NCBI GenBank assembly: GCA_026417895.1
Contig: JAOACJ010000003.1
Location: 1-61,804 of the forward strand
Length of the DNA: 61,804 bases
Direction of reading: 5' to 3'
From: Patescibacteria group bacterium
GTDB taxonomy: Bacteria > Patescibacteriota > Patescibacteriia > UBA2591 > CALHIP01
The notes below the pieces were generated by a model, which did not search any database, was not told the origin of the DNA, and was given only the letters and a program-made list of their open reading frames with translations. Positions 1 through 10,399 of the stretch are shown in pieces. The translations under genes were made by a program, and so were the position numbers. How positions within the stretch are numbered: the stretch's first letter is position 1; each line of letters begins with the position of its first letter.

Positions 1-270
1 GTTCGGATTTCGTTCAGGAGATGGAGCCAGACAGGAAGTTTTGAAAAATTAGTGTTTGTTTCCGCCTCGCTGCTTCGCGGCTCGGTGGCCAAATTGCCCC
101 AAATTTACGAGTCTTCGCCGAATTCGAAAGTGATTAATCTGGCCCAAAATTATCCTGAAATTTTCGAACAGCCAAATTTACTGAAAAAAAAGAGACAATT
201 CGAGAAAGCAATGCCCGAATTATCTCCTTTGCTCCGGCGGCAGGACTCGAACCTGCAACCCACTGCTTAA
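1..270 (+). other. Open reading frame entering from the left window edge and ending antisense inside tRNA-Asn; may be the 3' end of an upstream gene or spurious
   Basis: Frame 1 has no stop from nt 1 to TAA 268-270. The last residues (LRRQDSNLQPTA) are simply the antisense translation of the tRNA. No recognisable family. Confidence 0.2.
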
Positions 271-304
271 CAGGCAGTTGCTCTAACCATTGAGCTACGC
301 CGGA
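232..304 (-). tRNA. tRNA-Asn(GTT)
   Basis: Acceptor stem TCCGGCG/CGCCGGA, discriminator G, anticodon loop CT-GTT-AA, T-arm GGTTCGAGTCC; CCA not encoded. Confidence 0.97.
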
Positions 305-321
305 ATAAATACCCAAAGGAC

Positions 322-344
322 ACTTTAAACTCTAAACTTTAAAC
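322..344. repeat. Heptamer tandem array, downstream flank of the four-helix-bundle remnant
   Basis: ACTTTAA-ACTCTAA-ACTTTAA-AC read directly. Confidence 0.75.
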
Positions 345-366
345 AGAAAAATTATACACTCTTTTA

Positions 367-522
367 TTATTTTTGCAAGAAACGACGAAAACCAGCTAGC
401 TGAGCGATCAATTTTTCAGCTTTTTCTGTTTTAGGAATTTTGCCCAGAATTTGTTTGATCGCTTCTCTCCTAAATTTTCTGGCATCTTTATCAATCTGCC
501 AATTTCTGAATTGAAATCCCAT
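367..522 (-). pseudogene. Internally deleted four-helix-bundle (23S rRNA IVP-like) gene, 51 aa, not in the ORF track
   Basis: Translates MGFQFRNWQIDKDARKFRREAIKQILGKIPKTEKAEKLIAQLAGFRRFLQK*. The N-terminus resembles the F.F.DW.VYKDA start and the C-terminus the EKL..QL.GF..FL end of this family. The central DQ.RRA..SI..NIAEG core is absent. Confidence 0.6.
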
Positions 523-523
523 A

Positions 524-551
524 AGTTTATAGTATAAAGTCTAGAGTTTAT
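524..551. repeat. Heptamer tandem array, upstream flank of the four-helix-bundle remnant
   Basis: AGTTTAT-AGTATAA-AGTCTAG-AGTTTAT read directly. Confidence 0.75.
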
Positions 552-578
552 ATTTTATTAAATTTTGTTTTACAAAAC

Positions 579-1688
579 TTAATAATAATCTTTTATTTTC
601 TCAACGCCCTTCATTTCACGAATTCTTTCTAAAGCTTTGGCCTCAATTTGACGAATTCTCTCACGGGTGACATTAAATTTCTTGCCAACTTCTTCAAGGG
701 TGTGAGCAATGCCGTTAACTAAACCAAACCTCATTTCTAAAATTTTCCTCTCTCGAGGAGGTAATTCTTTCACAATTTCTGTGACATATTCTTTTAAAAT
801 TTTTAAAGCGGCGGCGCGGTCTGGAGTAATCGTTTTTAAATCTTCAATAAAATCACTTAAGACTGCATCTTTATCTTCATCTCTACCCACTGTTGCATCT
901 AAAGAGACTACATCTTGAGAAATCTCTAGCAAGCTTCTTACTTTTTCTATATCTTCTCCGGCTTCGGCAGCAATTTCCTCTGGTGTTGGTTCACGACTCA
1001 ACATTTGGGTCAAAGATCTTGAAGCACGCTGTAAGCGATTTAAAACCTCAACCATATGAACGGGAATTCTAATTGTTCGTGAATGATCGGCTAGTGCCCG
1101 AGTTACGGCCTGAGTGATCCACCAGGTAGCATAGGTAGAAAATTTATAGCCCTTTCGCCAATCAAATTTTTCCACCGCCCGAAAAAGCCCAAGATTACCT
1201 TCCTGAATTAAGTCAAGAAAAGTTAAGCCATAACCAACAAATTTTTTGGCAATGGAAACAACTAATCTCAAATTAGCCTCAACTAATCGTTGCATGGCGG
1301 CTAAATCTCCTTTTTCTTTTCTTTTTGCTAGCTCAATTTCTTCCTCAGGTGTCAAAAGCGGAACCTTACCAATTTCTCTGAGATACATCTGGATAGAATC
1401 GATGGAAATTTTATCTAAATCAAAAAACTCGGGCGTAAATTCAGTTTTTGCTTTCGGCTCTTTTTTTTCCACTTCTAATAAAGAATCTTTTGATTCAATT
1501 ATTTTAATGCCGGCCAGATCTAAACGATCAAGCAAAGATTCTAGTTCGTCGAGGTATTTTACAATATTGTTGGGAAAGGCAAAAATAATTTCATTTTCGG
1601 TAACAAAACCACGGCTATGCCCCTTCTTCATTAAGGCTTCAATTTTTTCCGGTGAGAAGACTGAATATTTTCTCTTTTTTCTTGGCAT
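579..1688 (-). CDS. rpoD: RNA polymerase primary sigma factor (sigma70)
   Basis: Region 1.2 [11 protein letters not shown], region 2 [12 protein letters not shown] and [29 protein letters not shown], region 4 [24 protein letters not shown]; directly downstream of dnaG. Confidence 0.98.
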   Translation of the reverse strand: MPRKKRKYSVFSPEKIEALMKKGHSRGFVTENEIIFAFPNNIVKYLDELESLLDRLDLAGIKIIESKDSLLEVEKKEPKAKTEFTPEFFDLDKISIDSIQMYLREIGKVPLLTPEEEIELAKRKEKGDLAAMQRLVEANLRLVVSIAKKFVGYGLTFLDLIQEGNLGLFRAVEKFDWRKGYKFSTYATWWITQAVTRALADHSRTIRIPVHMVEVLNRLQRASRSLTQMLSREPTPEEIAAEAGEDIEKVRSLLEISQDVVSLDATVGRDEDKDAVLSDFIEDLKTITPDRAAALKILKEYVTEIVKELPPRERKILEMRFGLVNGIAHTLEEVGKKFNVTRERIRQIEAKALERIREMKGVEKIKDYY

Positions 1689-1689
1689 A

Positions 1690-3498
1690 TTATAAATATT
1701 TTTTTAATTGTTGGGTTAATTGATTCACTTCTTCGCTTAACACTTTTATTACTTCCTGATCTTTTTCTTTTTCTGCCTTTTTTAAGTTTTCACTCATTAA
1801 ATTTAATTTTTTAAAAATAAAATTCTTCTTTATTTTTTTAAAAAGGAATTCTAATTCTTTATCAACCGTTTTTTTATCCAGATTAACAAAATCTTTCTCA
1901 ATGGCTAGGATCAAAAAATCTATTGTCGATTTAGTCTCTTCGTCTAAATCTTTAATAAATTCTTCGTAGCTAATCAATTTATTCTCCAAAGAAATAAGAC
2001 TATAGCATTTTTTTAAATGGCTAAGAATTTTTTTTAATTTTTCATTCGTAAAAATTTCTTCATCTAATTCTTCGTAAAAAGAAGAAACTTGCTCGGGAAA
2101 TTTAATTAGCAACCCCAAAAATCTTTCTTGCGTCTCTAATTCTTGGTTTTTTTCTTGAATAACTGGTGTTTCTTCTTTTACTTCTGATTTTTTTTGATTA
2201 ATTTTTCTTAAACTTTCTCTTAAAATTTCATAAGAAAGATTGGCTTTTTCGGCTAACTTTTTTAACCAGAAATCTTGTTCAATCAAATTACCAATTTTAG
2301 CAATGATGGGTAAAAGAATCCTGGCGACTTTTTTCTGATCCTCAACTTGATGGGGGTTAAAATGAGTAAAGGCAGAGGAAAAATAATATTCCATAATCGG
2401 TTGAGCTCGGCTAATCGCTCCAAACCAAAGTTTTTTGTTCTCTCGAATACATTCGTCTGGATCTTTACCGGCCGGAAGTTGAATGATCTTCACATTCATT
2501 TCCTCGGTCAAAGCAATATCAATGCCCCTTTGCGTAGCTGTTTCACCAGCCGGATCTAGGTCAAAGGCTAAAAATAAATTTGAGGAATATCTTTTCAAAA
2601 TTTTTACTTGCGTTAAGGTTAGGGCTGTACCAGAGGTAGCGACAACATTTTTTGTGCCGGCTTGCCAAGCAGTAAGCAAATCCATATTGCCTTCAACCAA
2701 AATAGCAAAATTTTCTTTTTTAATTGCTAGTTTGGCCTGATTCAATCCATAAAGCAAGCGAGATTTGTTATAAATTAAAGTTTCTGGAGTATTAATATAT
2801 TTCGGCACCCCTTCTTTTTCTAAAGAAGGCAAAATCCGGCCGGAAAAGCCAACCGGCTGATTAAAGATGTCAAAAACAGGAAAAATAATTCGACCACGAA
2901 AACGGTCGTAATAATTAAAGGTTGGTTCTTGGATATTAGTTGTCGGTTCTTTAACAATCAAACCTGCTTCTTCGATGTCTTCGGTCTTAAAACCCTTTTT
3001 TGTAAGAAAGGTATAAAGAAGGTGCCTTTGGTGAGGAGCGTAGCCAATTTGCCATTCTTTAATTGTTTTTTGAGAAATTTTTCTTTCTTCAAGATATTTT
3101 CTGGCGCTTTCGCCACCTTTAGCATTTAAAAGATACCAATGGTAGTATTGAGCTGCTTCACGACAAATATCTAAAAGTTTTGTTCTTTTACTCGTCAAAT
3201 GATAATCGCGCGTTTTTAAAATAATCCCGGCTTTCTTGGCTAAAATTCTTAAAGCCTGAGGAAAGTCAACACCTTCAATTTCCATAATAAAATCAAAAAG
3301 GCCCCCTCCTTTGCCGCAACCGAAACACTTCCAAATTTGTTTTTCTGGCGAGACAAAAAAACTCGGTACTTTTTCTTTATGAAAGGGACAAAGAGCTTTC
3401 ATGTTTATCCCGGCTGGTGTAAGACGAACGTATTCAGAAACAATCTCAACTAAATCCAACTTTGCTTTTATCTCATCAATCGGACTAAGGTTGGCCAT
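1690..3498 (-). CDS. dnaG: DNA primase
   Basis: Zn finger CPFHKEK..SF and [36 protein letters not shown] and FDLDPAG. Confidence 0.98.
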   Translation of the reverse strand: MANLSPIDEIKAKLDLVEIVSEYVRLTPAGINMKALCPFHKEKVPSFFVSPEKQIWKCFGCGKGGGLFDFIMEIEGVDFPQALRILAKKAGIILKTRDYHLTSKRTKLLDICREAAQYYHWYLLNAKGGESARKYLEERKISQKTIKEWQIGYAPHQRHLLYTFLTKKGFKTEDIEEAGLIVKEPTTNIQEPTFNYYDRFRGRIIFPVFDIFNQPVGFSGRILPSLEKEGVPKYINTPETLIYNKSRLLYGLNQAKLAIKKENFAILVEGNMDLLTAWQAGTKNVVATSGTALTLTQVKILKRYSSNLFLAFDLDPAGETATQRGIDIALTEEMNVKIIQLPAGKDPDECIRENKKLWFGAISRAQPIMEYYFSSAFTHFNPHQVEDQKKVARILLPIIAKIGNLIEQDFWLKKLAEKANLSYEILRESLRKINQKKSEVKEETPVIQEKNQELETQERFLGLLIKFPEQVSSFYEELDEEIFTNEKLKKILSHLKKCYSLISLENKLISYEEFIKDLDEETKSTIDFLILAIEKDFVNLDKKTVDKELEFLFKKIKKNFIFKKLNLMSENLKKAEKEKDQEVIKVLSEEVNQLTQQLKKYL

Positions 3499-3545
3499 AT
3501 TTTAAAATGAAATTATAAGGCTTAAGAATAAAAAGCCTTATTTAA

Positions 3546-3573
3546 ATTATAAATAAATAAAACATCTTGTCAA
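3546..3573 (-). promoter_or_regulatory. Sigma70 promoter of dnaG-rpoD
   Basis: Minus strand TTGACA (3573-3568), 16 nt spacer, TATAAT (3551-3546). Confidence 0.75.
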
Positions 3574-3876
3574 TTAAGAAATTTTATCTCTTCTCACGAT
3601 TAGTAAAAATCTTTGATAAAAATTTCTAAGAAAAGGAACGTTTCATCAAAAACAAGGTTTCACCTGTTTTTACTTTCGAAGCTTTCATGTTTTATTAAAA
3701 ATCTATATAAAATCCTCGCCAATCTCTTTGTGGCAACTTTACTAAATATCTATTTTACAAAGTCGTAATTGGTCCCGAAAAAGATTATTATTGCCGCCAG
3801 CAATTTTAATATCTTTGGTTGAATTTTGATGAAAAAATTTGATATACATAGAGCCATTGTATCAATTTCATCAAGC

Positions 3877-3905
3877 TTGACAAGTGTTAAAAAACATGCT
3901 TTAAT
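3877..3905 (+). promoter_or_regulatory. Sigma70 promoter of the 3926 ORF
   Basis: TTGACA, 17 nt spacer, TTTAAT with extended TG; GAGGAA SD-like motif before ATG 3926. Confidence 0.6.
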
Positions 3906-3925
3906 TTTTCGTGAGGAAATAAAAT

Positions 3926-4330
3926 ATGAACGACCCTGAGAAAGAAAAGTTTTTTCAAGAAATAAAAAATTTAAATACTCTTAATAATAGCCAGTTAATG
4001 GAAAAATTAATCGAGGCAATGAAAGTTTTTGATCAGAACTTAAAAACAAAAACGCCCGGCATAGAGTCAATAATCAAAGCCATTGATGAAAATAAAACTG
4101 CAGAAGAAATTTTACAAATGCTTAATACTCAAGAGGCGATAGAACAAAACAACCGGTTGGTTGTCGAAATTATAACCGAATTATCTTATCGAAACATGCC
4201 GGTCAATGAAATTCTTGCAGCTATCAATAAAGGTTTAACTGCAACCGAGATTTGTCAAGTCTTTGAAATTAAGCCTGATGATTTTCAGGGTCCAAAACCT
4301 AATATTCCTGATATTTCTGAATCAATGTAA
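3926..4330 (+). CDS. Hypothetical protein (134 aa, helical, acidic)
   Basis: Clean ORF with its own promoter, SD-like motif and downstream terminator; no recognisable motif. Confidence 0.75.
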   Translation: MNDPEKEKFFQEIKNLNTLNNSQLMEKLIEAMKVFDQNLKTKTPGIESIIKAIDENKTAEEILQMLNTQEAIEQNNRLVVEIITELSYRNMPVNEILAAINKGLTATEICQVFEIKPDDFQGPKPNIPDISESM

Positions 4331-4342
4331 TAAAAAATGTGC

Positions 4343-4372
4343 AAAAATAGCCAAACAATAATGGCTATTTTT
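4343..4372. terminator. Bidirectional intrinsic terminator
   Basis: AAAAATAGCCA-8 nt loop-TGGCTATTTTT between convergent units. Confidence 0.7.
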
Positions 4373-4406
4373 ATTTTTCTCCAACAAATTTTTAGGCGAT
4401 TTTTTG

Positions 4407-4631
4407 TTAAATTTTATCTTTTATTTTAAAAAGACTTGCCACCAGTTTATCATTTTCTTTTTCTAATTTTGCGATTTCTTTTTCTTTGCCTTCTAATTTT
4501 AATTGGTGGCATTTTTTAGAGATTTCAGCCAGTTTTTGATGAAGCGGATTTTGAGGGTCAAATTTGGGAATGCCAACATGCTCCATTACTGAAGTACCAC
4601 CAAATCCTCGCCCAATTGTTATCTTATATTT
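4407..4631 (-). pseudogene. C-terminal remnant of a type IIG-like restriction-modification (N6-adenine methylase) gene
   Basis: Minus frame reads GRGFGGTSVMEHVGIPKFDPQNPLHQKLAEISKKCHQLKLEGKEKEIAKLEKENDKLVASLFKIKDKI*. The IPKFDP.N.LH.KLAE.S segment resembles C-termini I recognise from such enzymes. No N-terminal body is present. Confidence 0.55.
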
Positions 4632-4663
4632 GTTTCTTAATTTAAGATAGTTTCTTAATTTAA
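4632..4663. repeat. 14-bp direct repeat pair at the junction of the MBL gene and the RM remnant
   Basis: GTTTCTTAATTTAA-GATA-GTTTCTTAATTTAA. Confidence 0.85.
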
Positions 4664-5257
4664 AATAATAACCTCTGAGAGATCACCAACTAATTCTTTA
4701 AACTTTTCTGGATTGCCTGGCGTTTCAGATAAACTGCCGTAGTGCATGGGCATCACTTTTTTTGGTTGAATCATTTTAACGGCTTCGGCTGCTTCGTTTT
4801 CATTCATTGTATAAGTACCGCCAATCGGCAATAAAGCCAAATCAATTTTACCTAACTCAGTCATTTCTGGAATTTTGTCGGTATCACCAGCATGATAAAT
4901 TCTTTGACCTTCAATTTCTAAAATAAAACCAACGGCTTTGCCCCGCGGATGAAACGGCTTGGTCAGGTTATAGGCTGGCACGGCTTTTATTTTGACACCA
5001 TTAATCTCCTTTTCTTCGCCCTCTCTGATATTTTCCCCACCAATCAAAATTTCTGTTTCTGTCTTAGCAAGAATTTGAATTGACCTTTCATCTTTGTGAT
5101 CGAAGTGGTCATGGGTACACAAAATTAAATCTGCTTTCTCGCCAAAAGAGATATTAAAGGGGTCAAGGTAAATAATCTGGTTTCCGTTTTTAATTTTAAA
5201 ACTGGCGTGGCCAAGCCAAGTGATTTCTAAATTTTCTAATTGATAAGTTTTGGCCAT
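4655..5257 (-). CDS. MBL-fold metallo-hydrolase (UPF0173/UlaG-like)
   Basis: ITWLGHASF, THDHFDH, IYHAGDT, LLPIGG.YTM, PMHYG. Confidence 0.9.
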   Translation of the reverse strand: MAKTYQLENLEITWLGHASFKIKNGNQIIYLDPFNISFGEKADLILCTHDHFDHKDERSIQILAKTETEILIGGENIREGEEKEINGVKIKAVPAYNLTKPFHPRGKAVGFILEIEGQRIYHAGDTDKIPEMTELGKIDLALLPIGGTYTMNENEAAEAVKMIQPKKVMPMHYGSLSETPGNPEKFKELVGDLSEVIILN

Positions 5258-5271
5258 ATTTTTAATTTAAA

Positions 5272-5356
5272 CGGAGGGTGTGGGAATCGAACCCACAAAT
5301 CCCTTGCGGGATCCACGCTCTCCAGGCGTGTGCCTTACCATTCGGCGCAACCCTCC
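5272..5356 (-). tRNA. tRNA-Ser(GGA)
   Basis: Acceptor GGAGGGT/ACCCTCC, discriminator G, anticodon loop CT-GGA-GA, long variable arm, T-arm GGTTCGATTCC. Confidence 0.96.
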
Positions 5357-5456
5357 TCTTTTTTTATTTTATTTAATTTTTCAAAAAAATCAACCCTTCT
5401 TTATTTAACTATCTCTGTCTCAACGTGTTAACACGCTGGTTTATATGACAGGAAAC

Positions 5457-5520
5457 TTAGAGAGTCGTCAATTTAGAGAGTCGTCAATTTAGAGGGTCGT
5501 CAATTTAGAGGGTCGTCAAT
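5457..5520. repeat. 4 x 16-bp tandem direct repeat
   Basis: TTAGAGAGTCGTCAAT x2 then TTAGAGGGTCGTCAAT x2, with no spacers. Confidence 0.97.
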
Positions 5521-5594
5521 GGTGAAAAAAATATAAAAATAAAGAGAATAATTTTTAATTTTTAAAAAATATAAATTATTTTTCAAAAAATCAA

Positions 5595-5603
5595 TGTGGA
5601 TAA
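5595..5603. promoter_or_regulatory. Perfect DnaA box
   Basis: TGTGGATAA (TTATCCACA on minus) after an AT-rich tract; single copy, function unproven. Confidence 0.4.
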
Positions 5604-5609
5604 ACTTTT

Positions 5610-8012
5610 TTATTTAATTTTTGAAATTTCTAGAGTTGTTTTTAAAATTGTATCTGGATTTAAAGAGATTGAATCAATTCCTTCTTTGACTAAAAATTTA
5701 GCAAAATCAGGAAAATCACTTGGTGCCTGACCGCAAATACCAACCTTTCGACCATAACGATGGGCGGTTTTAATTAAATGACGAATTAATTTCTTAATTG
5801 CTTCATTTCTCTCATCAAAAAGATGAGAAACTAAATCTGAATCACGGTCAAGGCCTAATGTTAGTTGTGTCAAGTCATTTGAACCAATCGAAAAACCATC
5901 AAAAATTTTAGAAAATTCTTCAGCAAAAATAATATTGGAGGGAATTTCCGCCATAACATAAACTTTTAATGGTTTAAGTCCTTTTAATTTTTTTCTTAAA
6001 CTAAATGAATCAATAATTTTTAAAACCTTCTTTCCCTCTTCCACTGTTCGACAAAAAGGAATCATCACCACAACATTATCTAAACCAAAAACTTCGCGAA
6101 CTTTTTTAATAGCTAAGCATTCTAAACCAAATGCCTCTTTAAACTTTTCATCATAATATCTTGAAGCACCGCGCCAACCAATCATCGGATTAGCCTCTTT
6201 AGGTTCATATTGAGCACCGCCGATTAAATTGGCATATTCATTGGTTTTAAAATCAGAAAATCTGACAATAACCTCTTTCGGATAAAAAGCCGCACAGATT
6301 TTACCAATACCTTCGGCTAATTTATCAATAAAATACTGCTTCTTATCTTGATAGCCAAAAGTAAGTTGATCAATTTGTTTTTTGATCTTCGGCGGTTGTT
6401 GCTTATAATTAATGAGGGCTATGGGATGTATTTTAATTTGATTGGCAATGATAAATTCCTCTCGGGCTAAACCAACGCCATCGTTAGGTAAAAAAGATAG
6501 ACTAAAAGCCTGATCGGGTTCGCCTAAATTCATCATTATTTTTATCTTCGGTCTTTTTAATTTGGCGAGATTAATTTTTCTAATTTTAAATGGCAAAAGC
6601 CCCTCATAAATAAAACCTCTTTCTCCTTCAGCACAAGAAACAGTGACTTCTTGACCATTTTTTAAAATTTTACTTGCCTTACCTGTGCCGACAACACAAG
6701 GTACACCAATTTCCCGTGAAACAATAGCGGCATGAGAGGTTCGGCCACCACTATCGGTGATAATAGCCGAAGCAATTTTCATCACTGGTTCAAAATCTGG
6801 ATTAGTTACTCTAGCCACTAGCACTTCTCCTTTTTTAAAATTAACCAACTCTTTGATATTTCTTATCACCCTCACCTTACCTTGACCAATTTTAGAACCA
6901 ACGGCTAAACCTTCAAGGATGGGTTTACATTTTTGATTTTTGATTTTTAATTTTTCTAAAACATATTCCTCAAGATAATCGACTTTTCTTCTTGAAACAA
7001 CAGTTTCCGGTCTGGCTTGTAAAATATATAACTTTTTATCTTTTCCATCTTTGGCCCATTCAATATCCATTGGTCGTCCATAGTGTTTTTCAATTAAACA
7101 AGACCATCTGGCCAAAGTTAAAATCTCTTCATCAGTTAAAACGAATTTTTTCTGTTCTTTTTTCAAAACAGCCACATTTTTTGTTCCGCCTTGATGATTA
7201 TAAATCAAGCGCCATTCTTTTGTACCCATTTTTTTCTCAATAATTGGTTGAAAGCCATTTTTTAAAGTTTTTTCAAAAACATAATATTGGTCAGGATTAA
7301 TTTTCCCTTTGACAATATTTTCTCCTAAACCATAACCAGCATTAATTAAAACGACATCAGGAAAGCCTGTTTCCGTGTCGCATGAAAACATAACACCTGA
7401 ACAAGCCAAATCGGAACGAACCATTTTTTGGACACCAACTGATAAAGCAACTTTTAAATGATCAAAACCCATATCTTCTCGATAAGAAATAGCTCGATCA
7501 GTAAAGAGAGAGGCAAGGCATTTTTTTACAGCCAAAAGCAGTTCTTTTTCACCGCGGATATTTAAAAACGACTCCTGTTGACCGGCAAAAGAAGCATTTG
7601 GCAAATCTTCAGCCGTGGCTGAAGAACGGACAGCCACGTCTAAATTTTTTGTTTTATACTTCTGACAAAGTTTTCGATAAGCCCGGATAACTTCTTTTTC
7701 CAATTCTTTTGGAAACTCCGTTTTCAAAATTAAATCTCTAATTTTCGCTCCCCTTTCTTTAAGGTTTCTGATATTTTTCCTTTCTAATCCTTTTAAAATT
7801 TTTACAATCTGAGATTTGAGATTTGATTTTTTCAAAAATTGCCAATAAAAAAAATCGGTGGTAGCAAAACCATCGGGAATATTAATCTGTTTGCCTAAGT
7901 GTCGCATCATCTCGCCCAAAGAAGCATTCTTACCGCCAACCAAGGAAATGCTTTTCATGCTTATTTCTCTGTACCAAACAATTAATTTTTTGGCCATCAT
8001 TTCATTAATCAA
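5610..8012 (-). CDS. ppsA: Phosphoenolpyruvate synthase
   Basis: VGGKNASLGEM, VAVRSSATAEDLP.ASFAGQQ, ILQARPETV, GGRTSHAAIVSRE, FSIGSNDLTQL, GICGQAPSD; true start may be a few codons downstream. Confidence 0.97.
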   Translation of the reverse strand: MINEMMAKKLIVWYREISMKSISLVGGKNASLGEMMRHLGKQINIPDGFATTDFFYWQFLKKSNLKSQIVKILKGLERKNIRNLKERGAKIRDLILKTEFPKELEKEVIRAYRKLCQKYKTKNLDVAVRSSATAEDLPNASFAGQQESFLNIRGEKELLLAVKKCLASLFTDRAISYREDMGFDHLKVALSVGVQKMVRSDLACSGVMFSCDTETGFPDVVLINAGYGLGENIVKGKINPDQYYVFEKTLKNGFQPIIEKKMGTKEWRLIYNHQGGTKNVAVLKKEQKKFVLTDEEILTLARWSCLIEKHYGRPMDIEWAKDGKDKKLYILQARPETVVSRRKVDYLEEYVLEKLKIKNQKCKPILEGLAVGSKIGQGKVRVIRNIKELVNFKKGEVLVARVTNPDFEPVMKIASAIITDSGGRTSHAAIVSREIGVPCVVGTGKASKILKNGQEVTVSCAEGERGFIYEGLLPFKIRKINLAKLKRPKIKIMMNLGEPDQAFSLSFLPNDGVGLAREEFIIANQIKIHPIALINYKQQPPKIKKQIDQLTFGYQDKKQYFIDKLAEGIGKICAAFYPKEVIVRFSDFKTNEYANLIGGAQYEPKEANPMIGWRGASRYYDEKFKEAFGLECLAIKKVREVFGLDNVVVMIPFCRTVEEGKKVLKIIDSFSLRKKLKGLKPLKVYVMAEIPSNIIFAEEFSKIFDGFSIGSNDLTQLTLGLDRDSDLVSHLFDERNEAIKKLIRHLIKTAHRYGRKVGICGQAPSDFPDFAKFLVKEGIDSISLNPDTILKTTLEISKIK

Positions 8013-8022
8013 AAATAAATAT

Positions 8023-8340
8023 TTATTTTATTATTTTCTCTGTATACCGATTGAGCCATGGCATCGACCATTTTTTACCACTAAGACCACTCAACATACC
8101 ACGCAAGGCAAGTAAACTACAGAAAATTAAACCTATTAAACCTATCACTTGGCCAATAAATGGAATTGGGAAAATTAAAAGGGAAAAGAGCTCCACGATA
8201 AAAATCACTACACCCTGTTTAGCGTGAAAATAAACAAATTCATCTTTTCTTTTCAAAAAATAAGGCAAAAAGGCAAAAACCCACAAATAGGCAGGAATTG
8301 CCCACAATCGAGAGATTAAACTAACTTTATCTTTGTCCAT
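8023..8340 (-). CDS. Small membrane protein (DUF4870-like)
   Basis: Hydrophobic segments with the FVYFHAKQG motif and a C-terminal W.MPW. Confidence 0.75.
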   Translation of the reverse strand: MDKDKVSLISRLWAIPAYLWVFAFLPYFLKRKDEFVYFHAKQGVVIFIVELFSLLIFPIPFIGQVIGLIGLIFCSLLALRGMLSGLSGKKWSMPWLNRYTEKIIK

Positions 8341-8357
8341 GTTAGAAATTAAACTCT

Positions 8358-9986
<1,629 letters not shown>

Positions 9987-10029
9987 TTAATTAAAAATAA
10001 AAAATTAAAAAATAAATATAAAAAGTTGT

Positions 10030-10326
10030 TTATGATTCAATGATGCCAATAATATCACTTTCATCAATCACTAAAAATTCTTCTTTACCGATTTTCACCT
10101 CATCAGGAGAATACTTCTTAAAAATAACCTTGTCGCCAACCTTAACGCTCATAGGCGCCCGCTGACCATTTTCAAGAAGTTTACCTGGGCCAACGGCAAT
10201 AACTTCACCTTTTTCTGGTTTTTCTTTCTCTGCTGTATCTGGCAAAACAATACCTGCCTTAGTTCTTTCGTCTTCTTCGATGGGTTTAATAATAACTTTA
10301 TCATGAAGGGGTTTTAATTTAGTCAT
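10030..10326 (-). CDS. groES: Co-chaperonin GroES
   Basis: LKPLHDKV, AGIVLPDTA.KEKP, AVGPGK; upstream of groEL. Confidence 0.98.
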   Translation of the reverse strand: MTKLKPLHDKVIIKPIEEDERTKAGIVLPDTAEKEKPEKGEVIAVGPGKLLENGQRAPMSVKVGDKVIFKKYSPDEVKIGKEEFLVIDESDIIGIIES

Positions 10327-10399
10327 AGGTTTATTTTTATTAATTTTTAATTAAAATTTTTTTCTTAATAAATATAAATAGAAAATCAACCGTCTGCTG

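Noticed and set aside
134-316. 60-aa minus-strand ORF
   Set aside because: Shadow of tRNA-Asn
3580-3870. Protein-coding gene between dnaG and the 3926 ORF
   Set aside because: Only short frames interrupted by stops on both strands, with no recognisable motif; left unexplained
5240-5431. 63-aa plus-strand ORF
   Set aside because: Antisense shadow of tRNA-Ser
5457-5520. CRISPR array
   Set aside because: Units are 16 bp and contiguous with no spacers; no cas genes in the window
5424-5610. Chromosomal oriC
   Set aside because: Only one perfect DnaA box, no dnaA/dnaN nearby, and genes are minus-strand on both sides
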